Part shown: one piece after another, positions 14,605-27,338 of the stretch | How the letters are laid out: each line of letters opens with the position of its first letter | How positions within the stretch are numbered: the stretch's first letter is position 1 | DNA from: Paraspadella gotoi | Taxonomy: Eukaryota; Animalia; Chaetognatha | Direction: 5' to 3' | Length of the DNA stretch: 64,000 nt | Assembly (NCBI GenBank): GCA_051294375.1 | Contig: CM119265.1 | Coordinates: forward strand, 2,146,311-2,210,310 | Made by a program: the position numbers and the translations under genes | Notes under the pieces: model-generated | Databases searched by the model: none | The model's input: the letters and a program-made list of their open reading frames with translations, nothing else | What the model was told of the DNA's origin: nothing

Positions 14605-14703
14605 ATGGCGACTGAGGAAGAGACGACGAGGAAACCAGTTCCCGCCTGGAAACTGGGACCCGAAAAAGCGTTAAATAAGAAGCAGAAGAAAGATCTTAAG
14701 AGG
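14605..14703 (+). CDS. Centrin-like EF-hand protein, coding exon 1 (MATEEETTRKPVPAWKLGPEKALNKKQKKDLKR)
   Basis: ATG, 33 codons, donor gttaga. LNKKQKKDLKR aligns with the centrin LTEEQKQEIRE helix; phase 0 joins exon 2. Confidence 0.85.
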
Positions 14704-15211
14704 GTTAGATGATGATGATGATGATGGTGATGCGTGATGATGATGATGTGATTGATGAGCATTATGATGATGATGACGGGATGAATTGATTATTGATGAT
14801 AATTGATGTTGATGATTATGATGACGTGATGATGATGATGATTATGATGACGATGATTATGATGATAACGATGATAATGATAATGATGGTGATGAAAATT
14901 ATCATGTAGAATTTTAAATCATGATAATGATAAAGATGACGATGATGATGATGATGATTATGGACAGTGACAAAATATTATAACGGTGTTTTCCTCGCGA
15001 CATTTCCAGTAAATCATCCAATCAATCATCTAATCAATCATCCAATCAATAATCCAATCAATCATTCGATCAATCTTCCAATCAATCATCCAATCAATCT
15101 TTCGATCAATAATCCAGTCAATCATCCAATCAATCATCCAATCAATCATCCACTCATTAATCCAATCAATCATTCAATCAATCACCCAATAAATCTTCTA
15201 TTCTCCCTCAG

Positions 15212-15279
15212 GCCTTCGATATGTTCGACACGGATGCGTCGGGCACGATTCCTAAACACAGGATGAACGTCGTTTTTAG
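15212..15279 (+). CDS. Centrin-like exon 2 (AFDMFDTDASGTIPKHRMNVVF-R), EF-hand 1
   Basis: ctccctcag acceptor, gttcga donor; matches centrin AFDLFDxDGxGTI... Confidence 0.9.
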
Positions 15280-15827
15280 GTTCGACAAAAGAGATGACAA
15301 AGGGGATGACAATAAATTTAAATCATGACCCAAAATTAGTATAATGACAAAGAATTCAAACAATGACAAAGAAAAAAATATATGACGAAAAATTAAAACA
15401 TTAAAAAAAAAAAAAAAAGAATTTCAACAAAAGATATAAAATTAAACCGATGGCAATGAATTGAAAGAATAACAAAGACAGACCGACAGACCGACCGAGT
15501 AATCGCGGCTCAACTTATAACGTTGAGACAAAATCATTATGAACGCAAAGTTTTGTCAGTGACAGATCTTGGACAAAGACCATGACAAAGTTTAGACAAC
15601 GACAAGGTGCTGGCAAGGGAGATGAGATACCAATCGATCGTTGTGTGACATAGACATAGTTGTGACAAAGCCCGATTCACAAGTCACATCAGCGACGACT
15701 GGCGAAAACAGAAACAATCGATTAAGTTGTGAATCGTAGGGAATAAACAACCGAGGATGTGATTCCTTCACTGACGGAAAGAGAGAGAACTGAACTCAAT
15801 TTCATATCTATTTTGCCATTTTGACAT

Positions 15828-15866
<39 letters not shown>

Positions 15867-15992
15867 ATACAACTTGTTTTATTTAAATTTGAATTCATTT
15901 TAAAAAAATATTTTTTGAGTTTTTTTTAGGTTTGTTGTTGTCGTCGTCGTCGTCGTTGTTGTTGTTATCCCTCTCATTCCCTTTTCCTCCAG

Positions 15993-16040
15993 AGCTCTTG
16001 GCTTCGATCTGAGTCAACTGGAGATCGACGAACTCATTAG
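15993..16040 (+). CDS. Centrin-like exon 3 (R-ALGFDLSQLEIDELI)
   Basis: cttttcctccag acceptor, gtgagt donor; RALGF is characteristic of centrins; phase-compatible with exon 2. Confidence 0.9.
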   Translation, partial: SSWLRSESTGDRRTH

Positions 16041-16612
16041 GTGAGTGAGCGCATTAGTGTGTGACCGAGAGGTGAGTGATTGCATCGTGTGCGATCAACA
16101 TGTTTGGTGATTGCATTGTTGTGATTGGTTAAGGGATTGAAAAGCGATTAAAAGGGAGTGATAGCACAGAGAGATTTAGTGATCACATTGTGTGCCTTCA
16201 CGGGGGTGAGTGATCGTATTGCTTGTGATTAAAAGGATGAATGATTTCGTAATGGGCGATTAAAAGGTAGTGATCAGCTAGTTGAGTGATTTTAACTCGG
16301 ACAATAGATTGGTTGGGAGAGTGATTGCATTTAGAGGACGAGTGATCGCATCACAGGCGTTGAAACGGGAGTGATCGCATCGCCCATGAGATGGAGGGTG
16401 AGCGATTGCATTGCCCGCAATAGAGAAGGGAATTGATTGCATAAACCCGCTGCTTATTCTAAGATCAATGACTGCTTCATAGTCTATGACTGCATCGAAA
16501 AATCTCGATTTCCGACCGAAAAAAATTATCAACGACGTAATTCGATTAGACTGGGGGAAAAATGTTCGAACTTTGCCAATAAGTCACNNNNNNNNNNNNN
16601 NNNNNNNNNNNN

Positions 16613-16650
<38 letters not shown>

Positions 16651-17530
16651 ATCTCTCTCTCTTGCATCTTCTCTCTCTCTCCTTCTCTCTCAAACATCGG
16701 CATGAATGACAATATGAAAGAAATGATTGAAATAAATGAATGAAATAGATATGAATTTCCGGGAATAAGTAACAAAAAGAAGAGTAGAGGGATAGATAAG
16801 AAAGGGAGAAGGCAGAAGTGGGAAGGTAGACGAAGGGGAAGGAAGGATAAGGAAAAGGGGCTGGAGATAGGGAAAAGGAGAGCCAAAAGGAATGAGGAGA
16901 GATAGAATCGGATAAGAAAAGAGAGGAAAGAGGAAGAAAGGAAGAACGGGAAGAGGAGAGGAAGAGGAATTGAGAGGAGGAGACGAAGACGGAAGAGAGG
17001 AGGAGGAGGGGGAGGGGAGGAGGAAAAGAGGAAGAGGAGGAAGAGTGGAAGGAGGAAAGAGGAAGAGGCGGTGAGAGAGATGAAGGAAGCAAGAGAAGAG
17101 GAGGAAGGAACGAAGGAAAAAATATAGCTTTAATTTAATAAATTGTAATTAAAAAAAAAAAGAATAGATATAATGATATTTTTTAAAGGAAAATATTACA
17201 TTTGGTTGTATAGAAATCTAAATTATGTGACCAAGATTTCGGGTTTATTACTCAAATATCATTTTTGTTATGTTTAACAATTGGTTTCGTCTTCGCGTCG
17301 TCTCATAATCGTCGTACTTTGTCGTTTCCGTGTTCATTCAAGTCCAAAGACTTGTTTCATCTGTCATCATCACTGTCATCTATCATCGAGTCTTCATTTT
17401 TCAGTCGTCGTCTTCGTCTTCGTCGAAGAGCAAAAAAGAGAAGGAGAACGATTTCGAACGGAGACATAGTCGATTCGAAAACAGAGACAGAAGTGAATGA
17501 AAGTTTGTCGAAGTTGAAAAATGGAAGAAG

Positions 17531-17573
<43 letters not shown>

Positions 17574-19541
17574 AGAGAGAAAGACGAGAAGAGAGAGATG
17601 AGAGAGGAGGAGAGCAGAGAGAGAAACACATAGATTTTTAGGGAGTGAGCGCGAACGCAGACCCCACTATCACAAATTATCACAAATTATTATCACAAAT
17701 TATTATCACAAAATTATGTTCCCAGTTTCACACATTTGGGAAATCGCAAGAATCAGCCAACCAGAAGCCTAGGTTAAACTATGCAGAAAAAAACGTGTGC
17801 TTGATAGCGTCCTAAATTATGCTAAAAAAATGGCTAGAATTATTTTTTACTATGCTAAATATTTGACCAAAATTATCTTTTAGCTAACTTAATGCAAAAC
17901 TGTTACAAGAGTAAAGAGAAATTGATTATTATTAGAGCCTATAAAAATCATTTAGAAGATAAAAACAAAAAAGAAACGAAAAAAATCAGACTTTTTGTGA
18001 AATTGCTTAAGCGACAAGCCATAATAACCAGTAAAAAGGTGTTTTGCAGAAGTAATTTTCAAACAGACCAACCAACCAACTGACCCCTAGTGTTTTGGCA
18101 CTGTAAAGTTCCTTTAACATGCTATTACTAGATATTACAGAACTACACAAGCATCTCCAGAGGAAAATCGGTATTAACCAAATACTTTGGCTTTATTGTA
18201 TAAATGCCTAGCAATGCCGTTCCGGTCTTAAACAACTATAATAGGAATTAACATGATTTTTACCAAAAGAAATAAATAATAAATAAGCAAATAGAATATT
18301 TAATACAGATTTAATATTGCCAGAAGAAGTGTTTTTCATAGTCTGTCCAATGCTGTAGATCGAAAAACGTTACATTTTTTTTTTCACAATTTGAATATGC
18401 CAGATTGTATGCCTATATGCCACATCATTTTTTACTGGCTAAACGGTCTGAAATTATGCTAGATCTGGCACACAGTAGGCTAAGTTTAACCAGAGAACGG
18501 AAGTGCAATGAAGGGCCTCGCCCTGGGGGAACCTCCTTGCTGATAAAAGTATCCCCTAAAGCCAGGATTTTTAAAAAAAAAATTAATCAATATATATATA
18601 TAAATCAACAAAAGTATGTCCAAGATTGTGAGCGAAATTATTTAATTCCTAAGCAGAACACAGAAGTCTGCTAGTTACCGCGTTTGTCAGTGTGTTACGT
18701 TATGAACATGTTTTGGTTTACACTGATTAAACAATTTAAAATTTTGTATTTGCTTTAATACTAAACCTTAATTTTATGGTTTATCTAAATTAAAATATTA
18801 TAAACCTTAAGGTTTTTTATTATATACTTCTGGCAGCTTTTTCTCTTTTATGCAAATTAGTTTCCAGAAAGAGGCTTCTAAGAGAGAAACAAAGATTAGA
18901 GTTTAGATTCAACTTCGGTATATTTTTTTTGTTTTGTTTGAGGCAGGAGTTCACTGATTAACTTTTTGGTTGTACTTTTTATTTTATTATGTTTCTAGAG
19001 TCACAACCATTTTAAGTGAATATTCAATTTTATTCATTCACGGAAAAAGCAAAATTTAAATACAGAAAGAAACAAAACGGGTAAAATTAAACAGAAACGG
19101 TCAAGAAAAATAGTAAAGTAAACAAAAACAGTAAAAGTAAATAAAAACAGTAAAACATATCAGAAACAGAAAAAAAGTCATCAGAAACAGGAAATGCAAT
19201 TAAAAAGTAAGAAGTCGGAGAGAAATAGTAAAACTAAAGGTTTTTTTTTTCAATTAGAATTTTTTTTCTTATTTTTCTCTTTTAAAAAAAAATGTTTTAG
19301 CGAATTTGGTCAACTTTTTGAAATTTAAAAACAAATTCTGTGTTTTAAAATCAAGAAAAAAGAGTCTCCTGCCTTTTTAAGGTAAAAAAATTAAAAATAT
19401 TTAAAAAATTTGTATTGTCATCAACTACTCTAATTAACTTTGACAGTAATTGATAAGTTTTGGGAATAGTTTCATATTATCTAAGTATGACATATGATAT
19501 ATTATTTATAACAATAACTACTTCAAGCGACTCTGATTTGA

Positions 19542-19624
<83 letters not shown>

Positions 19625-19841
19625 GCCAAATAAGATTAACTCGCATTAGTATCAAATTTGAGCCGAGAGAGAGAAAAAAAAATATCCAGATTTGAGAATC
19701 AATTTCACCGATTAAATGTCTCACTCTCAATCAAAGTTCATAGTTCATAATCTAATTACGGCGGAGACCGCGGTGACGCATTCCGGTGGGTCGGTTCGCG
19801 TTCGTTTACAATGATCATCTTGTAATCGGATCCATCTACAG

Positions 19842-19945
19842 ATGGCGACTGAGGAAGAGACGACGAGGAAACCAGTTCCCGCCTGGAAACTGGGACCCGA
19901 AAAAGCGTTTAAATAAGAAGCAGAAGAAAGATCTTAAGAGGGTTA

Positions 19946-19985
<40 letters not shown>

Positions 19986-20066
19986 ATGATGATGATGACG
20001 GATATGATATGATGATAATGATGATGATGATTATGATGACGTGATGATGATGATGTTTATGATGAC

Positions 20067-20098
<32 letters not shown>

Positions 20099-20591
20099 CG
20101 ATGATTATGATGACGTGATGATGATGATTATGATGGTGATGATGATTATGATAATGATGGTGATAACGATGATGATTATGATAACGATGATAATGATAAT
20201 GATGGTGATGAAAATTATCATGTAGAATTTTAAATCATGATAATGATAAGATGACGATGCTATGATGATGATGATTATGGACAGTGACAAAATATTATAA
20301 CGGTGTTTTCCTCGCGACATTTCCAGTAAATCATCCATCAATCATCTAATCAATCATCCAATCAATAATCAATCAATCATTCGATCAATCTTCCAATCAA
20401 TCATCCAATCAATCTTTCGATCAATAATCCAGTCAATCATCCAATCAATCATCCAATCAATCATCACTCATTAATCCAATCAATCATTCAATCAATCACC
20501 AATAAATCTTCTATTCTCCCTCAGGCCTTCGATATGTTCGACACGGATGCGTCGGGCACGATTCCTAAACACAGATGAACGTCGTTTTTAG
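19842..20591 (+). pseudogene. Second copy of centrin-like exons 1 (19842-19941) and 2 (20525-20591) with +1/-1 indels; damaged exon 3 copy at ~24829-24879. Probably allelic or raw-read copy rather than a true pseudogene
   Basis: Same exons with an extra T (gcgtttaaat) and a missing G (cacagatg); surrounding sequence is rich in 1-bp indels. Confidence 0.6.
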
Positions 20592-21174
20592 GTTCGACAA
20601 AAGAGATGACAAAGGGGATGACAATAAATTTAAATCATGACCCAAAATTAGTATAATGACAAAGAATTCAACAATGACAAAGAAAAAAATATATGAGGAA
20701 AAATTAAACATTAAAAAAAAAAAAAAAAAGAATTTCAACAAAAGATATAAATGTAAACCGATGCAATGAATTGAAAGAATAAACAAAGACAGACCGACAG
20801 CGGACGAGAGTAATCGCGGCTCAACTTATAACGTTGACAAACATTCATGAACGCAAAGTTTTGTCCAGTGCAGATCTGGACAGGAAGACCATGACAAGTT
20901 TAGACAACGACAAGTGCTGGCAAGGAGATGAGATACCAATCGATCGTTGGTGTGACATAGACATAGTTGTGGACAAGCCCGATTCACAAGTCACATCAGC
21001 GACGACTGCGAAAAACAGAAACAATGATTAAGTTGTGAATCGTAGGGAATAAACAACCGAGGATGTGATTCCTTCACTGGACGAAAGAAGAGAAAGAACT
21101 GAACTCAATTTCAATCTATTTGCCATTTGACATGACGAAGGGAAGAGAGAGAGAGACGAGAGAGAGAGAGAAGA

Positions 21175-21205
<31 letters not shown>

Positions 21206-21238
21206 CAACTTGTTATTTTTAAATTTGAATCATTTTAA

Positions 21239-22555
21239 CAAGTTTGAGCAAACAATGTCGGATCTGCCTACGATAATTATTAATTAATTAATTAATCGGA
21301 TTAATTAATTAATTAATTAATTTAATATGATAATTAATTTTAAATTTAAAAATTCAACTTATCACATCGATGTCCTTAAAATTGGGTTAGGCAGTTTATA
21401 AAATATGTTTGTTTGCATTTTATCAACAAACAATATCCTTTATTTTATTTTTGTCTCCTGTCTCTACTCACTCTCACTCTCTCTCTCTCTCTCTCTTTTT
21501 ATGCAAATTGGACGATTTTTATGCTTTAAGATTTTTTAACTTGCATCATTTTTCACATTAATTAATTAATTAACTAATTAATTAATTAAAACATTTATTA
21601 GTAATCATTAATATTAAAGATTCAAGTATATGTGACTTATGTTTTTCCATCTAACTCATTTCACTGGCACAATTCCGTCAAAACTTTATATAAAATTTTT
21701 ATATATATTAAAATATTTTAAAAGCTTCATGCAATCCCAATGAACTAAATCAAAAAAGTTACATTGAAAATCGATTAGTAGTAAAAGGAAAAAAAAAATT
21801 TTAAAGAAACTAGGAGTTTAGAAAAAGTGTCAATTTTGGCCGCCTTACTAGATATTAGGGCCGGAACAGGTTGAAACTTGAAGTTCTCTCAAAATGGTTA
21901 ATGGTTAATGTTAAGCGACTATTAAATAATATGAAAATGAAAATAATTTTTAAAATTTTGCTATCAATTTTTTTATAGATTCTGGATAGAGCTTTAAAAG
22001 TTAGGTTATTAATACAACTTTTTTTTTTTGGTTTTATTAAAAAAAATAAAATTCCGCCAATAAATGATGATGATGATAATTTTTTAAGGTTTTTTCTAGT
22101 TTTTAACCAATTTATTGTCAAATTGAAAAAAATTATAGTACAACTTTCATTTAACTTCTTAAGCTCTACAAGAACCCTGTTAAATATTTCCGTTTTCAAG
22201 TTCCCAAAATCGTTGCTCTTTTGCTAAAACGTTTACTATATATCTAAGTGAAGAAACTTACCTTGTGAAGAGAAAGTAAGAATTATATTAGTAGTTCTCA
22301 AGCTTTACGAGCGTAAGCAGGTTTGTTTAATGTTCTTTACTTGATTTAATTTATATTAAGGTTTTTTATTAATTCTTTTATATTATCTTTTTATAGTCCA
22401 GCGTTCAATGCCGTTCCATGCGTTTCTATGTCGTTTCAATGCCGTTCAATTGCCTTTCAATGCGTTCAATGCGTTTGTATCTCAATTGCTTCTACATTGT
22501 TGATAACAATGTAAATTACTTCGACATTATTTCGACTCTCCTCTTTTTCTTTCTT

Positions 22556-22606
<51 letters not shown>

Positions 22607-22744
22607 CTCTATCTCTCTCTCTCTCTCTCTTTGCAATTGCAACGATCCTTTATGCTCATTTTTTCTGCTCTCTCTCTCTCTTGCAATTGCGACGATCTAT
22701 GCTCATTTTTCTGCTCTCTTTCTCTCTCTCTCTCTCTCTCTCCT

Positions 22745-22799
<55 letters not shown>

Positions 22800-24741
22800 T
22801 AATAAAGATTCAAGTTAAAGTAACTTATGTTTTTTCCATTTTAAATCATTTCCACTGGCACAATTCCATCAAAACTTATATCTAGCTTCTTCAAACACTT
22901 TCCTACCCGCTCACAAAATTTCATCTCAATCTATTCAGGTTAAAATAAGTAAAAAGATTCGTAATGTGACTCATATTTTTTTCATTTAAACTCATTTCAC
23001 TCGTACGTTTCCACCGAAACTTTATATCAAGCATCGTTACACATTTTTCTACCCACACAAAAAATTTGAAACTCAATCTATCCATCCAATTATGATTAAT
23101 TAGAGTACTTATTGGTTAAAATAATTAAAAATATTTTAGTAAATGCGACTTATGTTTTTTCCTCTATAAACTCACACGATCCGTCGAAACTTTATATCCA
23201 GTTTATCACACACTTCCTACCCACACACAATTTCTTTCCAATCCAACCAGCCAATCACGAGTTATTGGAGCTTTTTGCATAAGGTGGACGGATGGACGGA
23301 TTGATTGACTGATTAATTAATTATTGATTAATTAATTAACTAATTGATAAATTAATTTGATTTATTTGATTTATTATTACATCCTGCATATACATTTAAT
23401 ATAAAAGGAAAAAGAATCATAATCAATTATTTGAAACAGGTTTTTTGTTTTTTTCCAATTTAAACTCATTCCACTCAAAAGATTCCATCGAAACTTGGTT
23501 TCTGTTCAATCACACACTTTTCTACTCACATACAAAATTCCAGGTCAATCGATAATTAAGTGGTAATAAGCTAACTTGTTCAACTTGCATAATTTAATCA
23601 ACTTGCATAATTGGTCAACTGACATAATTTGGTTAACTGACATAATTTGGTCAACTGACATAATTTGGTCCAACTGACATAATTTGGTCAACTGACATAA
23701 TTTGGTCAACTGACATAATTTGATCAATTAAGATAATTTGGTCAACCGGCATAATTTGGTCAACTGGCATAATTTTATCAACTTGCCTAATTTGGTCAAC
23801 TAGCATAATTTGGTCACTGGCATATTTGGTCAACTGGCATGATTTGGTCAACAGGCATGATTTGGTCAACAGGCATAATTTGGTCAACTTGCAGAACTGA
23901 TCAACTGGTCAACTGGCATAATTGGTGAACTTTAAGAATTTGGTCAACTGGCATATTTTTGTCATTGCATAATTTGGTCAATCAATCAATCAATCAATCA
24001 ATCAGAGAAAGAGAGAGAGAGAAACTTTAAAATTCAAATAAATGTGTCTTTGGTTTTCTAATTTGAACTCTTTTCCACTCCTACGATTCCATCAAAAATT
24101 TATATCCAGCTTTATCACATACTTCCTACCCACACACAAATTCAATTTCGATTTATCTATCCAATTTTTAATAAAACATTATAATTATGAGTAAATTTAA
24201 GTAAAAATACTTTAAGTAAATATGACTTTTGTTTTTTCCATTTTAACTCATTTCCACTCGCACGATTCCATCGAAACTTTATATCCAGCTCAATCTCACA
24301 CGTCCCTACCATCATACAAAATTTCAAGTCAATTGCCCTATCCACTCATGAGCAATTGGCGTTCAAATAGTGAAATATATTTTTTTTGTTTTTTCATTGT
24401 AAACCAATTTCCACCGCACGATTCCCTTAAAAACTTCATATCCATCTCAATCACACTGTTTCCTACCCACCACACAAAATTTCATACAATCCATAACCAT
24501 CAATCACGAGTAATTGGAGTTTTTGCTAAGGTGGGACGGACGGACGGACGGACGGACGGACGGACGGACGGAACGGACAGACAGACGGACGGACGGACAT
24601 CGTTTTTTTTGCATTAATTTATCATAATTCGATGTTCTGACATGATATAAGTGTGTGCCCGACAATATTTGAGGGGCGGACCGACGCGACCGAAAAAAGT
24701 GAGTTATAGAGTCGGATCTGGCCTGATAAGCAGAATCCGAC
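21239..24741 (-). mobile_element. Non-autonomous Helentron-associated element (HINE/DINE-1-like), 3.5 kb, in centrin intron 2
   Basis: Minus strand reads: 5' subTIR with hairpin GTCGGATTCTGC...CAGATCCGAC, ~140-bp core, (GTCC/GTCT)n microsatellite, ~150-bp central repeats, 3' subTIR GCAGATCCGAC, short stem-loop GTTTG-CT-CAAAC, end CTTG-TT. Inserted in a T-run without TSD; empty site at ~15902-15908. Confidence 0.88.
23570..23980. repeat. 18-bp minisatellite (CATAATTTGGTCAACTGA)n inside the HINE
   Basis: Direct tandem units. Confidence 0.9.
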
Positions 24742-25455
24742 AAAAATATTTTTTGAGTTTTTTAGGTTGTTAGTGTCGTCGTCCGTCGCGTTTTGTTGTT
24801 ATCCCTTCTTCATACCCTTTTCCTCCAGAGCTCTTTGGCTTGATCTGATGTCAACTGGAGCATCGACGAACTCATAGACGTGAGTGAGCGCATAGTGTGT
24901 GACGACGAGTTTTGATTGATTGCATCGTGTGCGATCAACAGTGTTTGGTGATTAGCATTTGCTGGATTGTTAAGCGATTGAAAAAGCGATTAAAAGGGAG
25001 TGATAGCACAGAGAGATTTTGTGATCACATTATGTGTTGCCTTTCACGGGGGTGAGTGATTCGTATTGCCTTGTGATTAAAAGGATTGAATGAATTTCGT
25101 AAGCGCGGATTAAAAGGTATTTGATCAGCGAGTTCGAGCTGATTAACTCGCGACAATAGCATTGCGTTGTTTTTTAGAGTGATTGCATTTAGAGGACGGA
25201 GTGATCGCCATCACAGGGCGTTTTGAAACGGGAGTGATCGCCATCGCCCATGAGATGGAGGGTGAGCGATGCATTGCCCGCAATAGAGAAGAGGGATGAT
25301 TGCATTAAACCCGCTGCTTATTTCTAAGATCAATACTGCTTCATAGTCTATGACTGCATCAAAAATCTCGATTTCCGACCGAAAAAAACTTTATCAACGA
25401 TCGTTAATTCGATTAGACTTGGGGAAAAATTGTTTTCGAACTTTGCAATAAGTCA

Positions 25456-25492
<37 letters not shown>

Positions 25493-25500
25493 ACTCTCTC

Positions 25501-25531
<31 letters not shown>

Positions 25532-25535
25532 CCAA

Positions 25536-25617
25536 GGCCATCGATGAGAACAACCTTCCGACTCAAACTGTTGCTGCGACAGGATTATTGGACTTCACTG
25601 ATTTTCAGGGGGTCATA
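25536..25617 (+). CDS. Centrin-like exon 4 (AIDENNLPTQTVAATGLLDFTDFQGVI), EF-hand 2 with loop insertion
   Basis: Aligns to centrin ID....G.xDFxDF; gtgagt donor. Acceptor as assembled (tccaag|gcc) is one base out of phase with exon 3, probably a sequence error. Confidence 0.72.
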
Positions 25618-25666
25618 GTGAGTACGACTACAACTACAACAACAACAAGAACAACGACGTATCTTT

Positions 25667-26303
25667 GGCTCTCTTTTCCAAGAGCGCCCAATTTCTGTTC
25701 CTTAATTCCTAAACTTAATTTTAACTTTAATATTTAACATATGTTTTTTTAAATAAAGTAATAAATAAATAAATAAAATAAAATACTAGTGTGGAGTAAA
25801 ATATAGCTTATATATTTAATAAATGGATAATTTTTATATTAGTTATACTAATTCATATAAAAGCCCTAACCTTAATCTCTGCCCCTAACATAATCTTTAA
25901 CCCTAAACCTAAACTCAAGTCCCTAAACCTTAACCTTTAACCCTAATCCATAACCTAATCTATAATCTAATCCATAACCTAATCTATAACCTAATCCATA
26001 ACCTAATCCATAACCTAATCCATAACTTAATCCTTAATCTAACCCTTAAGCTAATCCATAACCTAATCCATAACCTAGTCCATAACCTAATCCTTAACTT
26101 AATCCTTAACCTAACCCTTAACCTAATCCATAACCTAATCCTTAACCTAATCCTTAACCTAATCCATAACCCAATCCATAACTTAATCCATAACCTAATC
26201 CTTAACCTAATCCAATAAATCAAGTTTAACCTTATTTCTAAACCTAAAAATCGATTTAATTCCGAATTTAAGATGAAATCGGGCTCTTTGGGAAAATAAG
26301 GCG
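25667..26303. mobile_element. TIR MITE (Merlin-like) with internal telomere-like (TAACCTAATCCA)n, filling most of centrin intron 4
   Basis: Imperfect ~29-bp TIRs ggctctcttttccaagagcgcccaatttc / gaaatcgggctctttgggaaaataaggcg; flanks gtatcttt / gtattttt (7/8 TSD). Confidence 0.7.
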
Positions 26304-26316
26304 GTATTTTTTTAAG

Positions 26317-26421
26317 GTTCGCAAAATGTTGGAAGACGAACCTAAGTTTGAGGTCATGAAATCTTTTCAACATTTTGACAAAGACTCAAACGGAATCATC
26401 ACATTCAAGAATGTCAAACAG
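26317..26421 (+). CDS. Centrin-like exon 5 ([35 protein letters not shown]), EF-hand 3
   Basis: tttttaag acceptor, GT donor, 35 codons; matches centrin KM.[29 protein letters not shown]. Confidence 0.9.
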
Positions 26422-27280
26422 GTCGTTTGAAAAGGGGGTGGTTGACTCCGTCTCTGTCTGTCTCTCTTCTCTCTTCTCTCTCAGGATTTTTTTCACTGAA
26501 TTTGTTTTAGATACATTTGATTCTGATGTCTTAATATTAACAAATTTTTTTCTTATTTTCCTAACACTAACCTCCTCCTGCCCTTAGAATATCTCCCTCT
26601 CTATCTTTCTCTTCCACTTTTTTCACTCTTTTAATCACCTCATATCTTCCACTTATCAAGATTAATCTTTCACTAATGAAGTTCAAAACTAATTTCCTCA
26701 TTTTTTTTTCTCTTTAATTTCAGGAAATCTGAAAAAAAATCGTAGTCATAAAAATTTTAATTTTTTTCATTTTCAAATTAAAAAAAAATTAGTTATAGGA
26801 CTTTTCATTTCTTTTCTCAACTTAATTAATACACACCTTTCTTTTTCTCTGATTTTCAATAGATTAATAATTAAATAAATCCATCCATAAATAAGTAAAT
26901 AAATGAATAAATAAATAAATAAAATCGATCAATTTGTCTTAATAAATGAATGATATAAATAGATAAGAAATAAATAAATGGATAAATAAATAAATAAATC
27001 AGTCAATCAATCAACAAATCATTGAATAAACAAATAAATAAACAAATAAATGAATAAATAAAGAAATAAATAAATAAATAAATAAATAAATAAATTGAAC
27101 AATCAATCACACCTAAGCAACCAACCAACCAACCATCCAACCAATCAATTAAATCAATCAATCAATCAATCAATCATATCAATCATATCAATTAAAACAA
27201 CTAAATAAATCGATCAATCCATTTTATTAATAAAATCGACTAAATCAATCAACAAACTAACCAATCAATAAAATTAACTA

Positions 27281-27333
<53 letters not shown>

Positions 27334-27338
27334 AACAG

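Larger units (their letters stand above)
11640..16587. repeat. ~5-kb segment duplicated at 16613-~25460 (second copy carries a 3.5-kb insertion)
   Basis: Colinear near-identical sequence on both sides of the 25-N gap at 16588-16612. Confidence 0.92.

Noticed and set aside
19842-24880. True tandem centrin paralog
   Set aside because: Only the 5' half is duplicated, it abuts a 25-N gap, and differences are mostly 1-bp indels; haplotig or gap-fill is more likely
25870-26215. Telomere or chromosome fusion site
   Set aside because: Degenerate repeats bounded by MITE TIRs within an intron
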